The position numbers were made by a program, and so were the translations under genes. Source: an uncultured Chloroflexia bacterium (GTDB taxonomy: Bacteria > Chloroflexota > Anaerolineae > CG2-30-64-16). From it: a stretch of DNA of 64,000 bases. How positions within the stretch are numbered: the stretch's first letter is position 1; every line of letters begins with the position of its first letter. The notes below the pieces were generated by a model, which saw only the letters and a program-made list of their open reading frames with translations, was not told the origin of the DNA and searched no databases. The DNA lies in assembly GCA_963810095.1 (NCBI GenBank), contig CAWEMM010000012.1, positions 384,001 to 448,000 of the forward strand, in the 5' to 3' direction. Below are positions 1-9,990 of the stretch, one piece after another.

Positions 1-497
1 CAGAAGATGCTGTGCCAGCCGAAATTCTGCGCCAGCACCCCACCCACGAACGGGCCGACCGAAAGGCCAATGTAGACGGAAGAGACGTTGATGCCCAGCA
101 CCCGGCCCCGCTCGCCCGGTGGAAAAGCCGAACTCAGGATCGCAGAGCTGGTTGCGAACATGGCCGCGGCCGCCACACCTTGGAGCACGCGCAGCGCCAG
201 GAAGATGTTCGCGGCCGGCGCCAGCGCGGCCAGCGCCGTCATCGCGACGTAGGCGACCAGGCCGGCAGTGAACACCTTGCGGCGGCCGTAGATGTCGGCG
301 GCGCGGCCAAACGGCACCAGGAAGATCGCAATTCCAAGGGAATAGGCGGTCGCGATCCAGCCAAGCGTGACCGCGTCCATGCTGAACTGCACGCCGATGG
401 TCGGCAGCGCGACGTTGAGCGCGGAGCCCATGAACGCGGTGAGGAACGACGCCAGCGTGGTGGCGAGAAGGACCGAACCCCGGCGAGACTGCTGCAC
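1..497 (-). CDS. MFS transporter, DHA2/EmrB-QacA-like (5' part; runs off window start)
   Basis: Manual minus-strand translation from GTG at 497: MQQSRRGSVLLATTLASFLTAFMGSALNVALPTIG...FGRAADIYGRRKVF (MFS motif A). Absent from ORF track because it is truncated; starts just after the gltX stop. Confidence 0.85.
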   Translation of the reverse strand, partial: MQQSRRGSVLLATTLASFLTAFMGSALNVALPTIGVQFSMDAVTLGWIATAYSLGIAIFLVPFGRAADIYGRRKVFTAGLVAYVAMTALAALAPAANIFLALRVLQGVAAAAMFATSSAILSSAFPPGERGRVLGINVSSVYIGLSVGPFVGGVLAQNFGWHSIF

Positions 498-499
498 GG

Positions 500-1992
500 C
501 TATCGCCCCAGCAGTTCCAGCGCAGCCTGCAGCCGCTGCAAGGTTTCAGCCTTGCCCAGGACCTGGGCGATTTCGGTTGCGCCGCCGGGCGTCGATGCCA
601 ACCCAGAGAGAGCAATGCGGACCGGCCACATCACGGTTCCTGTCTTGAAACCGTTAGCCTTGCCCCACTCCACCAGCATAGGTGCGAGCATCTCGTGCGT
701 CCACGCCGCGCCCCCGCGCTTCCCGCATCGTCGAACAGCTCCATGACGTTTGCCAGGATGTGGCGGCTGCTCTCCAGCGTCGACTTCGACTTCTCGTTGA
801 CGTAGAGCGACTTGTCGTGCGCCGCGGGCCGGGCAAAGAACGCCACCATCTCGGGGATATCGGTCAGCCGCACCACCCGCGGCTGGATCAGCCGGCTGAT
901 CGTCTGGGTGTCCATCCCGGCCAGCGCAGGCGGGTAGTAGGCCAGCGCCAGCTCGTGAAAACGCTCGGGAGACAAAGCACGGATGTGCTCGCCGTTGAGC
1001 CAGTCGAGCTTGGCGATCGAAAAGCCCGCGCTCGACTTGTTAATCCGGTCGATATCGAAGGCCTCGACCAGTGCCGGAAGGGTAAAGAACTCGCGGTCGT
1101 CGGCCGGGTGCCAGCCCAGCAATGCGATGCAGTTGACGATCGCCTCCGGCAGATAGCCCCGTGTCACCAGGTCCTGGAACGACGCGTCGCCCGAACGCTT
1201 CGACAGCTTTTTGCCGTCTTCTTTGACGATGTGCGGCATGTGGATGTACTCGGGGATGGGCCACCCGAAGCTGTCGTACAGCAGGTTGTACTTGGGCGTC
1301 GACGAAAGGTACTCCACCCCGCGGATCACATGTGTGATGCCCATCAGGTGGTCGTCGACCACGTTGGCGAAGTTGTACGTCGGATAACCGTCGGACTTCA
1401 GCAGCACCTGGTCGTCCAGCAGGTCGTTTCGCCACGAGATGGTGCCGTAGACGTGATCGTGGAAGGTGGTAACGCCGGTCTCGGGGATGCGCTGGCGGAT
1501 CACGTGCGGCTCGCCCGCAGCCGCCCGGCGGTCGGCTTCGGCCCGCGGCAGAAAGCGGCAGGGGTCATACACCTTGGCCGGCCCTTCAGACGCGCCCTCA
1601 CCGGCGGCCTGGTCGGCTGCGTCGTCGCCCTCTTCGACCGCCTCCTGCGCGGGCTCTGCATCGGCCTTGGTGCAGAAGCAGCGATAAGCCGCGCCCAGTT
1701 CGACCAGGCGCTCGGCATGCTCCTTGTAGACCGGCCGGCGTTGGCTCTGCACGTACGGGCCGTAGTCGCCGCCCTTATCCGGGCCTTCATCGTAGTCCAG
1801 CCCTGCGAGGCGCAAGCTGTCGTAGATCACCTGCACCGCATCTTCGACGTTGCGGCGGCGGTCGGTGTCTTCGATCCGTAACACGAGCACGCCGCCGTAG
1901 TGGCGGGCGGTGAGATAAGCATATAGCGCGGCCCGCAGGTTGCCGATGTGCATGTAGCCTGTCGGGCTGGGCGCGAAACGAGTCCGAACCAA
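500..1992 (-). CDS. gltX: Glutamate--tRNA ligase (one frameshift near 700-720)
   Basis: VRTRFAPSPTG, HIGN and KLSKR motifs in ORF 631..2100. The C-terminal anticodon domain (MWPVRIALSG...TPGGATEIAQVLGK) is in ORF 500..691, with the frame change beside a G5 run. TTG start at 1992 follows AGGAGG. Confidence 0.92.
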
Positions 1993-2103
1993 AACAATCC
2001 TCCTGACGTTAACACCTTGAGATTGAATGCGTACGAGACCGGCCACAGCAATTGGCGTCGAGACGCACTGGCGCCGCATATATCGGTCGCCAATGACCAA
2101 TGG

Positions 2104-2739
2104 CTAGATACGGGCCAGACTATACCTGATCCGGTAGCGTTTCGGACCATACAAAGTATGAGTTATTTCGTCTTCCACGTCTCCCACTTCCAGGATCGTG
2201 AAGGGCTCGAAGTGGCGCTTCAAGTCGTCGAGAGTGAAGTAGTGGAGAATCTTATCCGGCTGAACGGCAAAGGTATTTTCCTCAACCTCTTCACCCTGTC
2301 CACAGGAAGGATCCTGGTCCGAGATACCGGTAAAGAACATCAGGCCCTCGGGCGACAGCAGCTGTGCGCTCTTCTGGACGAAACGCATACGATCGGGCTT
2401 AGGGAAGAGTTGAAGGACGTTGAAACAGTAAATCCCCTGGTAAGGACCCTGATCGAAGTCGCCATCGAGAAATGACCCGTTGTAGAGTTTTGTGGCCGGA
2501 TCATACTCGTGGGCCAGGGCACACGCTTCGTCGGATATTTCGACACCGGTCACATCAAAACCCGAGGTCGAGAACAATTTGCTGTTTCGACCGTAGCCAG
2601 AGCCGGGAACGAGAATCTTATTGACCTTGTACTTCCGAAACAGGGCCAGGGCAACCTCCGCGGTTTTGCTCGGCGTTTCGCCCCAGACATGGTTGTATTT
2701 CGAGAATTGCCCGTTCCAGAAGGTTCTGTGATCAGCCAT
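2104..2739 (-). CDS. Class I SAM-dependent methyltransferase
   Basis: ILVPGSGYGRN (motif I), VTGVEIS (motif II), LLSPEG. Confidence 0.85.
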   Translation of the reverse strand: MADHRTFWNGQFSKYNHVWGETPSKTAEVALALFRKYKVNKILVPGSGYGRNSKLFSTSGFDVTGVEISDEACALAHEYDPATKLYNGSFLDGDFDQGPYQGIYCFNVLQLFPKPDRMRFVQKSAQLLSPEGLMFFTGISDQDPSCGQGEEVEENTFAVQPDKILHYFTLDDLKRHFEPFTILEVGDVEDEITHTLYGPKRYRIRYSLARI

Positions 2740-2799
2740 CGTTCCGTCCAGTCAAGGAAACAGCTCTCACCAAGCCGGCCAAGCTCCAATATCCGTCGT

Positions 2800-3435
2800 T
2801 TATCCCCGAGCGATAAGGCGTCCGGCCGCGTCGTACGCCTCGTACGGGGTGTGCGATGGGACGCTGCCCGGGTAGTCCTCCGCGAGCATGGTCCACACCA
2901 TCTCGTCGTGCGCCTCGTCATAGTATCGGATGCGCCGCCGCAGGGTCGCCTCGTGCACATAGCCCAGCTTTGCAGGAACCGCAGCGCTGCGCACGTTCTC
3001 GACAACGCAGTGGATGCCAATGCGCCGCAGCTTCTCGACCTCGAACCCGACGCGCGTCAGGGTCGCGGCGACCTCGGTCGCGTAGCCCTTGCCGATCTCG
3101 TCGGCCCGGATCCAGTAGCCGATCTCGCGCGATCCCTCGCCGCCGCGCGGGTGCAGGCCGGTGCCGCCGACGACGCGCGTCTCGTTGCGGTCGAAAATGC
3201 CCAGGATGTAGTCCTGCCCGAGGTCGAACTGGCCGCGAAAGCCGCGCAGCATGCTAACCATGTCCTGCAGCGGCATAGGGTAGCGGGCCGCCCAGGGCAT
3301 CCAGGGGCGCAGATGGTCGAGGCTGACGTCGACGGCTTCCTTCAGCAGCGCGGCGTCTGCCGGATTGTAGCACCGGATCACGAGCCGCGGGGTGAGCACC
3401 CGGTAGGCAGGACCTCGCACTTCCTCCGAGGTCAC
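2800..3435 (-). CDS. GNAT N-acetyltransferase, RimJ/RimL family
   Basis: TPRLVIR, EIGYWI, GKGYATE, NVRSAAVPAKLGY. Confidence 0.9.
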   Translation of the reverse strand: MTSEEVRGPAYRVLTPRLVIRCYNPADAALLKEAVDVSLDHLRPWMPWAARYPMPLQDMVSMLRGFRGQFDLGQDYILGIFDRNETRVVGGTGLHPRGGEGSREIGYWIRADEIGKGYATEVAATLTRVGFEVEKLRRIGIHCVVENVRSAAVPAKLGYVHEATLRRRIRYYDEAHDEMVWTMLAEDYPGSVPSHTPYEAYDAAGRLIARG

Positions 3436-4556
3436 GCGGGTCGCTCCGTGCGGCAGTCAACCTTGACGCCGCGCTGAGCCAGGTCCGCCAACATGCGCTC
3501 GTAGCACGCCGCGTCCGCCCCGACATATTCCGGCGGGCAGATCCCCTTGCGGCCAAAGAGGCCGTCCAGGACCAGCCGGGCCGCCGCGGTGGCCGTGTAA
3601 CCGGTCGTACGGGCCATGGACGAGAAGCCGCTCTCCGCGTCGGTCGTATCGTACAGGCAGTAGGTCGTCGAGTCCGTTCCGCCCCGAATGACGACCTCCA
3701 TGATGGTGAACTCGGGCTCACCCGCCTCCAGCCGCCAGTGGGGGAACAGGAGTGCGGCGGCAAGGTCCACCGGGCGCACGTCCACACCGTTCACGCTGAC
3801 CGGTTCGGAACCCAGGAAACCGCTGTCGCGCAGGACGCGGATGAACTCGATATGGCCGGGGTAACGCAGCGTCTTCTCGGCCATATCCGGCACGTCCGGC
3901 ATGGTCACCAGCAGCGAGCGCAGACCGTCGGTGTTAAATGCTTCGAGCGTGCCCACGGGTTCCAGGTCGACGAACTCCGGCTCAGACAGCGCGGGACGGG
4001 TAACCACGCGGCCGCCTTCAACCAGGCGGGCGGGCCGGGTGTACTCTTCCAGGACGTCGACGGGGGAGAAGGGTGCCTTGTACTGCCAGGGCCAGGTGCG
4101 CCGGGCGGGCAGCCCGCCCACCAGGCAGCGGTAGCTCGCGACGCTGCCCCGCGTGGCATGGTAGCCAAGGAAGATGTTGCTGAGGCCCGGCGCAACCCCG
4201 CAATCCACGACGGCGGTGACGCCGTGCTGCTGCGCCAGCGCATCCAGATCAAACGGGTCCTCGCCGAAGAACGAGATATCCACGACGTTCTTACCGGCCT
4301 CGATCACCGTCTGCAGTGTCTGGAAGCCCATGAAGCCGGGTACCGCGCCGACGACCAGGTCGGCGTCGCGGCACGCCTGCCGGACGTCCTCCGCACGCGC
4401 CAGGTCGGCGACCTGCGTCCGCAGGCCGTAGCGCTGTCGGACAGCGGCCAGCCGGGCCGCGTCCCGATCGACCGAGAGGACCTCATGCGACGCTGCCAAA
4501 TCCACAGCCATCGCCGCACCCACCATGCCCGCGCCTAAAACGACAACTCTCGCCAT
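3432..4556 (-). CDS. Saccharopine dehydrogenase / lysine 6-dehydrogenase family protein
   Basis: GAGMVG Rossmann motif, DCGVAPGLSN, EKTLRYPGH, MARTTG. Confidence 0.85.
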   Translation of the reverse strand: MARVVVLGAGMVGAAMAVDLAASHEVLSVDRDAARLAAVRQRYGLRTQVADLARAEDVRQACRDADLVVGAVPGFMGFQTLQTVIEAGKNVVDISFFGEDPFDLDALAQQHGVTAVVDCGVAPGLSNIFLGYHATRGSVASYRCLVGGLPARRTWPWQYKAPFSPVDVLEEYTRPARLVEGGRVVTRPALSEPEFVDLEPVGTLEAFNTDGLRSLLVTMPDVPDMAEKTLRYPGHIEFIRVLRDSGFLGSEPVSVNGVDVRPVDLAAALLFPHWRLEAGEPEFTIMEVVIRGGTDSTTYCLYDTTDAESGFSSMARTTGYTATAAARLVLDGLFGRKGICPPEYVGADAACYERMLADLAQRGVKVDCRTERPA

Positions 4557-4633
4557 ATCTGCTCCCTGACAGGAAGGCTTGGCCGCGAAACCTGGTCATT
4601 TCGACAAAGAGGTTTCGGACCGTTCTCTGTGTT

Positions 4634-6043
4634 CTATTCTACCGGCTCTTCGCCGAAATCTTTCGTCCTCAGGATCGCCCACCGGAACTCTTGCTCGCCG
4701 GGTTCGTGGGGGGGCGCCTTGACCCAGACGCTGCCCGAGCCGGCCAGCGACACGTCGGGCGCGGAGATGGGACCGCGCAGGATAGGATCGTTGAGCGTCG
4801 CCATCCAGTCGCCCAGCCGGTCGCCCAACTCGTCCTTCACCACCTGGTGCCCCGGATCGTCAATCAGGTTCCGCGTCTCCCCGGGATCGTTCACCAGGTC
4901 GTACAATTCCTCCGCAGGCCGGGGCCGCGCGAAGTGCTTCACCAGCAACGCCTCGCCGTAGCGCTGGGCGACGTGGCCGCTGATGCGAACGGGCCAGCCG
5001 GGTTGGTAGTTGCGAATCAGCTTGTAGCGCCAGGTTCGCACACAGCGCATCGGGTCGTACTCGCCCCCATGCCACGACATCTGGCTAAAGATGGCGTCGC
5101 GTGTCTCCCCCCGTTCGCCCTTGAGACGCCGCAGGAACGACCCGCCCTCCACCCGGCCGGGCACTCCCAGTCCCGCCGCCTCCAGGAGCGTGGGGACCAC
5201 GTCCACGTGGCTGGTTAAGCGGGCCAGCCGGCGGCCCGCCGGGATCTGGCCCGGCCAACGGCAGAGAAACGCGGCCCTAATTCCCGGATCGTAGAGCGTC
5301 ATCTTGGCACGCGGCAGGTCGGGCCCGTGGTCTGTGGTGAAGAAGATCAGGGTGTCGTCGCTCAGCCCGAGGTCTTCCATCGCGTTGAGAATCGCAGCCA
5401 CCGCGGCATCTGCAACACGAATGTGCTCATAGAACGCAGCCAGGTCTGCACGCACGGGCGGAACGTCGGGCAAGAAGCCCGGCACTTCCAGCATCTCGGC
5501 CACGTCGTCGTCGAACTCTGTGCCGAATGGGCGGTGCACGTCGCCAAAGCCGAGCGTCAGAAAGAATGGCTTCGCGTCGTCGCGGTGGGCAGACAGCCAC
5601 GCCACGGCCTTAGCCGCGACTTCGTCGGCAGCATAACCCTGAGCCACACCGGGCTCGTCGCCGAAGACGGTGTCCGCCTCGGCGTAGGTCAGATCGTACG
5701 GGTCGCTTCGCTCGACCTGCGTCCCGATCAAGGCAGTGTGGTAGCCGCCCCGGCCCAACAGTACGGGCAAGTCCTGTTCGCCCGGACGATAGCGCCAGCC
5801 GCGGTGGGTGAGGCCGAGGATGCCGTGCGACTGAGGATAGCGGCCCGTCATGATGGAAGCGCGCGCGGCGGAGCACGAGGAAGCGGGGGCAAAGTGCTGC
5901 TCGAGAAGTGCGCCCTGGCCGGCAAGCGCGTCGAGCGCGGGGCTGTCCACGTCGGGCCGGCCGTAGCACCCGAGCCAGTCGCCCAGGTCGTGCCAGAAGA
6001 TGCCGATAATGTGCGGGCGTCCCTGCGGCATAGATCCCTCCAC
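4634..6043 (-). CDS. Formylglycine-dependent sulfatase
   Basis: HDLG, CSAARASIMTGRYPQSHG, TDHG, ELYDLVNDPGE. Confidence 0.9.
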   Translation of the reverse strand: MEGSMPQGRPHIIGIFWHDLGDWLGCYGRPDVDSPALDALAGQGALLEQHFAPASSCSAARASIMTGRYPQSHGILGLTHRGWRYRPGEQDLPVLLGRGGYHTALIGTQVERSDPYDLTYAEADTVFGDEPGVAQGYAADEVAAKAVAWLSAHRDDAKPFFLTLGFGDVHRPFGTEFDDDVAEMLEVPGFLPDVPPVRADLAAFYEHIRVADAAVAAILNAMEDLGLSDDTLIFFTTDHGPDLPRAKMTLYDPGIRAAFLCRWPGQIPAGRRLARLTSHVDVVPTLLEAAGLGVPGRVEGGSFLRRLKGERGETRDAIFSQMSWHGGEYDPMRCVRTWRYKLIRNYQPGWPVRISGHVAQRYGEALLVKHFARPRPAEELYDLVNDPGETRNLIDDPGHQVVKDELGDRLGDWMATLNDPILRGPISAPDVSLAGSGSVWVKAPPHEPGEQEFRWAILRTKDFGEEPVE

Positions 6044-6045
6044 GA

Positions 6046-6078
6046 AGAAACCGGGTTTCTGCCAGAAGCCCGGTTTCT
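6046..6078. repeat. REP-like palindrome AGAAACCGGGTTTCT-GCC-AGAAGCCCGGTTTCT
   Basis: 15-bp inverted repeat with one mismatch in the rpiB-sulfatase intergenic region. Confidence 0.6.
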
Positions 6079-6108
6079 TAGCGCAGAAGAGGCCGGCTTC
6101 TGCCTGGC

Positions 6109-6549
6109 TCAGTCCAGCGCGTCGACCTTATCCACACGCCGCTTGAAACGCTCGCCCCCGTCAAACTCGGCGGCCAGGAAAGCACGGACGAGCACCTTCG
6201 CCAGTTCGGGGCCGATGATGCGGCCGCCGAGGCAAAGCACATTCATGTTGTCGTGTACGACGCCCTGCCCCGCGGAGTACGTGTCGTGGCACAGGCAGGC
6301 GCGTATGCCCTTCAGCTTATTGGCCGCCATCGTGACGCCGACCCCGCTGCCGCACACCGCAATCCCGCGCTCGGCCCGTCCGTCCTGCACGGCGTTCCCG
6401 ACAAGCAGGGCAAAGTCGGGGTAATCATCGCTCGGGTCGAGATCGTACGCACCCAAGTCGAGCACCTCGTGGCCCAGCTCGGCAATGGCTCGGCCGATGC
6501 TTTCCCGCAACGCCAGCCCACCGTGATCCGTGCCGAATGCGACGCGCAT
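6109..6549 (-). CDS. rpiB: Ribose-5-phosphate isomerase B (RpiB/LacA/LacB family)
   Basis: GTDHGG, DDYPD, CGSGVG, ANKLKGIRA, HDNMNVLCLGGR. Confidence 0.9.
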   Translation of the reverse strand: MRVAFGTDHGGLALRESIGRAIAELGHEVLDLGAYDLDPSDDYPDFALLVGNAVQDGRAERGIAVCGSGVGVTMAANKLKGIRACLCHDTYSAGQGVVHDNMNVLCLGGRIIGPELAKVLVRAFLAAEFDGGERFKRRVDKVDALD

Positions 6550-6576
6550 GTGCCCTCCGTGTCGTCCTGCTGACGC

Positions 6577-7161
6577 TCAGCCCTGGCCCACCTGGTGCGC
6601 CAGGATGATCGCTTCGGCCACATCCTTCATCGGCTTGCGGTTATCCATGCTCATCTTCTGGATCTTGCGGAAGGCTTCGGCCTCGGTCAGGCCCTGCTTG
6701 TCCATCAAGATGCCTTTCGCCCGGTCGACCAGCTTACGCGTCTCGAGCGCTTCTTGCAGGTCGGACACCTGTTTCTGCAGATCCTTGAACTCCGCAAAAC
6801 GGGCCAGGGCGACTTCGATCGCGGGGTTCAGCTCTTCCTCGCGGTACGGCTTCACCAGGTAGGCGACGACCCCCGCTTCGCGCGCACGTTGGACGAGCTC
6901 GCGCTGGCTGTAGGCGCTCAGCAGCACCACGGGTGCGATACGCTCTTCGGTCAGCACCTTCGCAGCCTCAATCCCGTCCATGTCCGGCATGCGGATGTCC
7001 ATGATCACCACGTCGGGACGGAGTTCGCGGGCCTGGTTGACCGCGCTCCGGCCGTCGGCGACCTCACCGACGACCAAATAGCCAAGGTTGGTGAGCATTT
7101 CCCGTAGATCCATTCGGATCAGGGATTCATCGTCCGCGATGATGACTCGTGTGCGCTCCAT
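6577..7161 (-). CDS. REC + ANTAR response regulator (PdtaR-like RNA antiterminator)
   Basis: IADDE...MDIRMP receiver; ANTAR RKLVDRAKGILM...AFRKIQKMSMD; AGGAGG before ATG 7161. Confidence 0.92.
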   Translation of the reverse strand: MERTRVIIADDESLIRMDLREMLTNLGYLVVGEVADGRSAVNQARELRPDVVIMDIRMPDMDGIEAAKVLTEERIAPVVLLSAYSQRELVQRAREAGVVAYLVKPYREEELNPAIEVALARFAEFKDLQKQVSDLQEALETRKLVDRAKGILMDKQGLTEAEAFRKIQKMSMDNRKPMKDVAEAIILAHQVGQG

Positions 7162-7227
7162 GTTGCCTCCTGGTTGGCTTACCGTTGCCGGCCTCAAGAT
7201 CGAAGATCCGAATAATAAATACGCTGG

Positions 7228-8718
7228 TTAAGGCTGCCGCGGGGTCGCCGGGACACCCGCCGCAGTCATGATTACGGCCTTGGGAAAGATGACAGTTGCG
7301 ACGACGCCCCGGTCGATGTCGTTCTCCAGGCGAATCTCGCCTCGGAGGTCAGACTGCACCAGGCTGCGGACGATTTGCAGCCCGAGGCTGGTGCTCGCCG
7401 CGATGTCGAAATCGTCGGACAACGGTTCCCCATCGTCGCACACCTCAAGCTTAACGCTGTCGCCGCCATCCGTCAAGACCAGCTTGATCTGCCCTTTCTC
7501 CCGGTGCTCATAACCGTGTTCGAGGGCGTTTTGCACCAGTTCGTTGATCACGAGTGCCGAGGCAGTTGCCTGCGTGCTGGGAAGGTAGATGGCCGGACCT
7601 TCAATCAGAAATTCTACCTGCTGCCCGGGCGGCATCAACTGCCGCGTCTGCGTTACGATCCGCTGGCAGATGTCGCGCACGTTGATCGACTGGCTTTCAT
7701 CCAGAGACAGGAACTCATGGATAACGGCCACGCTGAGGATGCGCGAGATCGCCTCGGTCAGCGCCTGCCTGGTCTCCACCTCTTGCGCCCGCCGCTGCTG
7801 CATCCGCAGCACAGCCGCCACGTTTTGCAGGTTGTTCTTGACCCGGTGGTGCACTTCCTGGATCATAGTCGACTTGACCTCGAGCTCCGCCTTCTTGCGG
7901 CGTTCTTCGGTCGCATCGTGGATCATGATCAGGACGCCGCCCACATCGCCCGGCGCCCGCCGCGACAGGAAGCGCTGCAGCGTGCCCCTAAAGGTGACCG
8001 GGGGCCAGATGCAGATAGCCTTACGCACCCACTCAAACTCGCCCGACTTGAACTCCTGCTCGACGCCCTGGCGGGTCTGCATGGCGGTGATGGCCAATAC
8101 GTCGTCGCGGGTGTGCAGGTAGTTTAGGGGGCGCCCGCGCAGGTCTTCCGCATAGCCCAGCCGGCGATAGAGGTTGCCCGCAATGCCGCTCAGATAGGTG
8201 ATCCGCAGCTCCGGATCTACCAGCATGATGCCATCCATTTCCTGGAATGGCGATAACCCGGCAGCGCCGGTGAGCTCGCCCAGCACGCACATCGCCTTCA
8301 GCCAGTCGATGGCCTGCTGGAAGGTCTTGTGGCGGTGACGGTGGCGCTCGACCTGGATCAAGCTGGTGCGGATGCTGAGCAGCCCGAGCAGGTCGCCGCC
8401 TTCGTCAAAGACGGGGCGAACATCCTCCTCCACGGGGGCGCCGCTGGGCAGGTCTGCGTGAGAGTGGACGATGCGCCGGTGCCGGAGGGCTTCGAAAACG
8501 AGCGGGGCCTCGCGGGCTGAAAATGAGTGACCGACGAGGTCTTCCGTGTGAACAGGGGAAATCGAACGGGGCCGGGCCTGGGCAACGACCCGCACCTGGT
8601 GTGCGCTCAGCGGGCGCAGCAGGAGGAGGTCCGACCTGCTCAGGTCGGCCGTAAGGGGCATGCCCAGTTCCACATCTCGAAGACGGCTGCTGGGCGCCGA
8701 AACAGACGCAACGCTCAT
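7228..8718 (-). CDS. Cytoplasmic sensor histidine kinase, PdtaS-like (GAF-like N-term, PAS, HisKA_2, HATPase)
   Basis: LTADLSRSDLLL N-terminus, EVHHRVKNNLQ H-box, NELVQNALEHG, SLGLQIV; adjacent to ANTAR regulator. Confidence 0.88.
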   Translation of the reverse strand: MSVASVSAPSSRLRDVELGMPLTADLSRSDLLLLRPLSAHQVRVVAQARPRSISPVHTEDLVGHSFSAREAPLVFEALRHRRIVHSHADLPSGAPVEEDVRPVFDEGGDLLGLLSIRTSLIQVERHRHRHKTFQQAIDWLKAMCVLGELTGAAGLSPFQEMDGIMLVDPELRITYLSGIAGNLYRRLGYAEDLRGRPLNYLHTRDDVLAITAMQTRQGVEQEFKSGEFEWVRKAICIWPPVTFRGTLQRFLSRRAPGDVGGVLIMIHDATEERRKKAELEVKSTMIQEVHHRVKNNLQNVAAVLRMQQRRAQEVETRQALTEAISRILSVAVIHEFLSLDESQSINVRDICQRIVTQTRQLMPPGQQVEFLIEGPAIYLPSTQATASALVINELVQNALEHGYEHREKGQIKLVLTDGGDSVKLEVCDDGEPLSDDFDIAASTSLGLQIVRSLVQSDLRGEIRLENDIDRGVVATVIFPKAVIMTAAGVPATPRQP

Positions 8719-8764
8719 GGTTGTGCCTTGCGCTTACTGATGCGCCAAAGCGCACACAACTGGC

Positions 8765-8826
8765 AAAAAGGAAGGGGTGGGAGCGTCCTCCGGACGAACG
8801 TCCTCCGGACAATACCCCACCCCTCC
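8765..8826 (-). terminator. Intrinsic terminator-like stem + U5 enclosing two identical GTCCGGAGGAC hairpins
   Basis: Minus strand: GGAGGGGTGGGG-TATT-GTCCGGAGGAC-GTTC-GTCCGGAGGAC-GCT-CCCACCCCTTCC-TTTTT, directly after tRNA-Pro. Confidence 0.6.
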
Positions 8827-8833
8827 ACGGTTA

Positions 8834-8909
<76 letters not shown>

Positions 8910-8920
8910 ACGTAGGATGG

Positions 8921-8949
8921 ATTATAGCCTCACGTCCGCCCTGACGCAA
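8921..8949 (-). promoter_or_regulatory. Sigma70-type promoter for tRNA-Pro
   Basis: TTGCGT-17 nt-TATAAT on minus strand, 11 nt upstream of the tRNA. Confidence 0.7.
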
Positions 8950-9063
8950 ATATCGGGCGGGCGTGATGAGGAAGTGGCCGCAGAGGGAACTGATGGGACC
9001 CGATTTACCGTGATGTCTGACTATCTGCTAAGATCACGGGCATCCGTTCAACCAGGTGCCATT

Positions 9064-9990
9064 GTGCGTCAAGCATCGCGAACATCTATCTGGACCGCGC
9101 TGATTGCGGTCTACATCATCTGGGGATCGACCTACCTGGCGATCAGGTTCGTCGTCGAGACGATGCCGCCGTTCCTCTCGTCAGGCGTGCGTTTTATCAT
9201 CGCGGGCGGCGTGCTCTTCGCGTTCCGGCGCCTGCGCGGCGATCCCGCACCGATTCGACTGCAGTGGCGCTCGGCGGCCATCATCGGCCTGCTGCTGCTC
9301 ACGGGCGGCAACGGCGCAGTGGTCTGGTCCGAGCAACACATCGCTTCGGGGCTGGTTGCGCTGATGATCGCCACCACGCCGCTGTGGATCGTCCTCCTGG
9401 ATTACCTGCGCCCCTGGCGCCTGTGGGGCACGGAGTCACGTTTTCCGCGACCCCGGCCCCGAGCATTGCTGGGCGTCGTCATTGGCTTTGTCGGCGTCGT
9501 GTTCCTCATCCTGTCGGGCGGACCCATTGCCGGCAGCATCCCGCCTGCAGCCGGCGCGGTCGTGATTCTTGGCACCTTCTTCTGGGCATGCGGCTCGCTG
9601 TATGGCCGCGGGGCGCAGCTGCCGCGCTCGCCCCTGCTCGGCACGGGCATGGAGATGCTGGTAGGTGGGCTCGGTCTGCTCACCCTGGGCACCCTCAGCG
9701 GCGAGTGGGCTCGGCTCGATCCATCGGCCATTACGACCAAGTCGGTCGTTGCCCTGCTCTACCTGGTCGTCGTCGGCTCGTGGGGCGGCTATGGCTCCTA
9801 CGTCTGGCTGCTACGCAACGCGCCCACCCCGCTGGTTGCCACGTACGCTTATGTCAATCCGCTCGTCGCCCTGTCCCTTGGCGCATTGCTGGCCGGCGAG
9901 CCGCTCACGCCCCAGGTGCTGGTGGCGGCCGCCATCATCATCGGTGCCGTCGTGCTGACGACGAGCTCACGCGCGCCGAAGACGGGTTAA
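9064..9990 (+). CDS. EamA/DMT family transporter (YedA-like)
   Basis: VYIIWGSTYLAIR, TYAYVNPLVA, ~10 hydrophobic segments; start uncertain (GTG 9064 or ATG 9013). Confidence 0.88.
   Translation: MRQASRTSIWTALIAVYIIWGSTYLAIRFVVETMPPFLSSGVRFIIAGGVLFAFRRLRGDPAPIRLQWRSAAIIGLLLLTGGNGAVVWSEQHIASGLVALMIATTPLWIVLLDYLRPWRLWGTESRFPRPRPRALLGVVIGFVGVVFLILSGGPIAGSIPPAAGAVVILGTFFWACGSLYGRGAQLPRSPLLGTGMEMLVGGLGLLTLGTLSGEWARLDPSAITTKSVVALLYLVVVGSWGGYGSYVWLLRNAPTPLVATYAYVNPLVALSLGALLAGEPLTPQVLVAAAIIIGAVVLTTSSRAPKTG

Noticed and set aside
1993-2103. T-box leader for gltX
   Set aside because: The intergenic region is only ~110 nt with no T-box consensus or terminator.
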